Under the pieces are notes generated by a model. That model did no database searches, was not told the DNA's origin, and saw nothing but the letters and a program-made list of their open reading frames with translations. Positions 61,168 through 64,000 of a DNA stretch of 64,000 bases are shown piece after piece. The position numbers and the translations under genes are program-made. This DNA comes from Candidatus Cloacimonadales bacterium (GTDB taxonomy: Bacteria > Cloacimonadota > Cloacimonadia > Cloacimonadales > DAONDQ01): assembly GCA_963662275.1 (NCBI GenBank), contig OY759316.1:3840001-3904000 (forward strand). Reading direction: 5' to 3'. How positions within the stretch are numbered: the stretch's first letter is position 1; each line of letters opens with the position of its first letter.

Positions 61168-61228
61168 AACTCTCCCCTTCGACTACGCTCAGGGAACCTA
61201 ACCCCTCTCTTTACAAAAGAGCGGGGAA
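61168..61228. repeat. Nested palindromic repeat elements
   Basis: CCCTTCGACTACGCTCAGGG adjacent to CCCCTCTCTTTACAAAAGAGCGGGG. Confidence 0.5.
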
Positions 61229-61262
61229 CCAGACTTGACTGCTCTGTACTAGAACCTAACAC

Positions 61263-62255
61263 CTAGCATCTAACACCCTCTGCAATCTTCTGCCACACCA
61301 GTTCCGCATTGGCAGGTCTCAGCGATGACATATGTTTGCACGCTTCAAAACCCCAAGTAGCGATATTGGACATACCCAGTGTCTTCATGATAGAAAAAGC
61401 TTCGCTGATTTCATCTTCCCGATCTGCAGGAACGCGGAAAGCCTGTATCCAGAGCTGTTCTTTCTTATTGTATTTCTCACATAAATCCATGACTTTTAAG
61501 CAATACTTCGTAACAAACTCTTCCACAGATATCTTAGTCAAGTACCAATACGGATCCGTTCCAAACATGTCAACAAAAGGTAGAGAAGCTACTTTCTCCC
61601 AATCCATTTCCTGGTCGGCATTGAATTCATCGGGAAGTAAACAAACGGCATTCTTCACACCCAGTTCATGGGCATATTCTGTCATATTGGCAAGGAAATC
61701 AACAACACTATCATCACGGAAATGAACGACATCAATCATCTTTTCTATTGGCATTTCCATTCCAAACTGTAAAAGAAACTTCTCTTTGCAGTAAGAACAC
61801 CGACATGTCCAAAGCTCTTTCTGGTCAGGTCTGCCAAACCACTTGGCAATGTACCAGTGCGGTTCGTCCCAGAGAATATAATCCGCTTTCAGTCTTGCTG
61901 CACTATCAATCCATAACTTCATCTGCTTATGAAACAACGGATTATTCAGACAGACGGCAGGTGCCATTTCACCATTATTGAGTACCTGGTTCATTTCAGG
62001 ATTGGTGGAAACGAGCCTGGAGAAAGCTTCTCCCCCATAAATAGCTCCAAGTCCCCAAGGGTCAAGATGAACGGAAAGACCAAGTTCATGCGCATCTTCT
62101 ATTATTTCTTTCATGGTCTCTTCGTAGTAAGCCCAGTCATTTTCACTATAAGTATGAACAACATATGTGAAGCCATTCTCCACGAGGGATTGCATATCCT
62201 GTTTCACGTAACGGCGAAGGCGATTGCCGAAGTAACTGACACCATAGTCCATCAT
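61263..62255 (-). CDS. Hypothetical TIM-barrel glycoside-hydrolase-like protein
   Basis: GVSYFGNR, LDPWG..YGGE, WDEPH, CRCSYC, GTDPYW; located in a mannoside locus. Confidence 0.6.
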   Translation of the reverse strand: MMDYGVSYFGNRLRRYVKQDMQSLVENGFTYVVHTYSENDWAYYEETMKEIIEDAHELGLSVHLDPWGLGAIYGGEAFSRLVSTNPEMNQVLNNGEMAPAVCLNNPLFHKQMKLWIDSAARLKADYILWDEPHWYIAKWFGRPDQKELWTCRCSYCKEKFLLQFGMEMPIEKMIDVVHFRDDSVVDFLANMTEYAHELGVKNAVCLLPDEFNADQEMDWEKVASLPFVDMFGTDPYWYLTKISVEEFVTKYCLKVMDLCEKYNKKEQLWIQAFRVPADREDEISEAFSIMKTLGMSNIATWGFEACKHMSSLRPANAELVWQKIAEGVRC

Positions 62256-62396
62256 ATCTCCATTGTTTTTTTCTTTTGGAGTTCAAACATCCTTCGAGGA
62301 CTAAGAAAAACATAGACTTATAGGATGTTTGGACTTCAAATCCATTTTTGGCTCGTTCGTCCAATACTGGCTTGAAGTCCAACTTGCCTTTCACTC

Positions 62397-64000
62397 TCAA
62401 TTAATCTTAAGTCTATCAAGGCAAGTTGAACTCCAAGGGGTTAATACGACTCTAAATGTTCTTATTTCAAATGGTTTGAACTTAAGCAAGACAGAATTTG
62501 TTTGTTTTGAAATAGATATTAAGTTATTTTCCAAAAGGTCTGTTTCGAAGAGTTCAATCCAACTAAAAGGCATGCTGAATTCAGTTGTGACATTACTTCC
62601 CCTTGATTCGTAAAATCTCATAATAATGCCATTACCGTCCTCAGCATGCTTCATAGTCTCAATCTTTATAAAATGATTGGATATCTCACAATAACTAAAT
62701 CTTGAAGGCTCTTTTTGCTTTACCACCGGATGAATGATCGGCTGTGAATTCAGATTATGAGCCATCTGCAAAGTATCAGACTGATTTAATAAACCTTGAT
62801 GCGGATAATAGGCATACACAAAATGATGTGTTCCTCTGTCCGCTTCGGCATCTGGACTGTTCGGGCTACGTAAAAGATTCAGCTCCATGATGTTCCCATG
62901 AATGGAATAGCCATACTTACTGTCATTCAGTAAAGCTAACCCCATATCTTCTTGTGAAATATCAGCGAACCGATGGGCTGGTACTTCAAACTTCGCCTGT
63001 TCCCAACTCGTGTTCAGAGACGTGGAACGCTTAATAGTTCCATATTGTATTTCATATGAAGCTTCCGATGAAAGAATGTTCGTTTCAGCACTAACTCGAA
63101 GCATTTTCTGTTCCTCTCGCCATTCAACCCAATTCTCAATATTAATCATTTTTGAATTACTTTGAACAGATATTTGCTGTTTAATTGTTGAATGACCCAC
63201 TATAAAGTGCTGTTCCAGGCAAACATAGAAAGGTGCATTAACAATGATGTTTCTGTGAGTTAGTCTAGCTTGTTCCGGTATCGTTTCTCTGTAGTAATGG
63301 TTGATATCCCAGGCTTCCCAGTTATTGGGAAGGTCTTCCCACATTTGGAGGAGATTGGCTTTGGAAGATAACAACTCAGTGTTCAGTTCCTTATCATAGA
63401 TGGAAGAGATAGAACCATCATCAGCGAATTGTACATGAATCAGGGAGTTGGAGAGGGAAGATTCGGAAACAGAGCAGATACCCGCTGAAGTGGGTGCTAC
63501 ATTACCTCCTGAAGTAGGCGCTACGTTACCCGCTGAAGTGGGTACTACGGGATGTACTGAAATAGTCTCATACCCCATGGGAGGGATAGTGACAAGACAG
63601 AGCAGTTTGTCATCTACAATTGCAGAGGGAAGAGGATTGCCTTCTGAGTCATGAGCGATACCTTCACTGATGGGAAGGGTAATCACTTCCTGTCTTTCCC
63701 AATTGAGAGTATTATAAATCATGAAAACATGAGGCTCGTCAATACTTTCATTGTTTAGTAAATTCAACTGAATTGTTTCCAATCTGGTTAGATTGGCTTC
63801 CAATACTGCATGAGCTTCTTTGTATACCCGATTGATAGAAGAACCGGGAAGAATATCATGGAACTGATGAAGCAATGTATCTTTCCAAATAGGTTCTAAC
63901 TCTTTGTTTACATTCTTTCCTGCCATCACTGATAGGATTTCAACATCGCGGAGTTTCAGTTCAGTCTTGCGATTGAGCATCTTCATGCGTGCCTGGGTTG
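62397..64000 (-). CDS. Alpha-mannosidase (GH38), 5' end beyond the window
   Basis: TQARMK..NR..E, QFHDILPGSSI, YNTLNWER, FEVPAHRFAD, LLNDSKYG, LLRSP, KPFEIRT. Confidence 0.95.
   Translation of the reverse strand, partial: TQARMKMLNRKTELKLRDVEILSVMAGKNVNKELEPIWKDTLLHQFHDILPGSSINRVYKEAHAVLEANLTRLETIQLNLLNNESIDEPHVFMIYNTLNWERQEVITLPISEGIAHDSEGNPLPSAIVDDKLLCLVTIPPMGYETISVHPVVPTSAGNVAPTSGGNVAPTSAGICSVSESSLSNSLIHVQFADDGSISSIYDKELNTELLSSKANLLQMWEDLPNNWEAWDINHYYRETIPEQARLTHRNIIVNAPFYVCLEQHFIVGHSTIKQQISVQSNSKMINIENWVEWREEQKMLRVSAETNILSSEASYEIQYGTIKRSTSLNTSWEQAKFEVPAHRFADISQEDMGLALLNDSKYGYSIHGNIMELNLLRSPNSPDAEADRGTHHFVYAYYPHQGLLNQSDTLQMAHNLNSQPIIHPVVKQKEPSRFSYCEISNHFIKIETMKHAEDGNGIIMRFYESRGSNVTTEFSMPFSWIELFETDLLENNLISISKQTNSVLLKFKPFEIRTFRVVLTPWSSTCLDRLKIN
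63478..63548 (-). repeat. Three 24-bp REP units in frame inside the mannosidase
   Basis: Minus strand GTAGTACCCACTTCAGCGGGTAAC GTAGCGCCTACTTCAGGAGGTAAT GTAGCACCCACTTCAGCGGGTA encodes VVPTSAGN VAPTSGGN VAPTSAG. Confidence 0.88.

Noticed and set aside
1..64000. rRNA, tRNA or prophage genes
   Set aside because: None was recognised; small RNAs could be missed without covariance searches.

Overview
A 64 kb bacterial chromosomal window, AT-rich by eye. The many secreted proteins with PNP(F)...IYNI(K/R)GQ...SG(I/V)Y C-terminal domains and the pilin-like MGxQQ protein suggest Cloacimonadota or another FCB-group lineage (inference). In order it holds: a minus-strand Wza/Wzc polysaccharide cluster with unusual members (STAS protein, nucleotidyltransferase-like plus alkaline-phosphatase-superfamily pair, two degenerate priming-transferase fusions); udk; a LruC-type lipoprotein; a CHASE4 hybrid kinase; thpR-recA-recX; two insertion sequences with readable ends and target duplications; two 5' remnants of group IIC introns; nth and xth; an ECF sigma/anti-sigma/Spy module; a putative type II restriction-modification pair coupled to asd and a DAP deacetylase; pepT; a six-gene DsbD/TlpA/DUF6029-like/Omp28-like thiol-redox operon; and a GH38/GH130/CBM9 mannoside locus. 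Intergenic DNA is dense with small repeat families (GTAG-type REPs, CGAAGTN heptamers, 11-mer hairpin arrays, poly-C/poly-G palindromes). Several of these sit in frame inside proteins or supply stop codons. The strongest candidates for an undescribed system are the trans-envelope redox operon, the coding-sequence invasion by repeats, and the NTase/phosphodiesterase/STAS module in the polysaccharide cluster. No rRNA, tRNA or CRISPR array was seen. All product calls come from motif recognition, not database searches.
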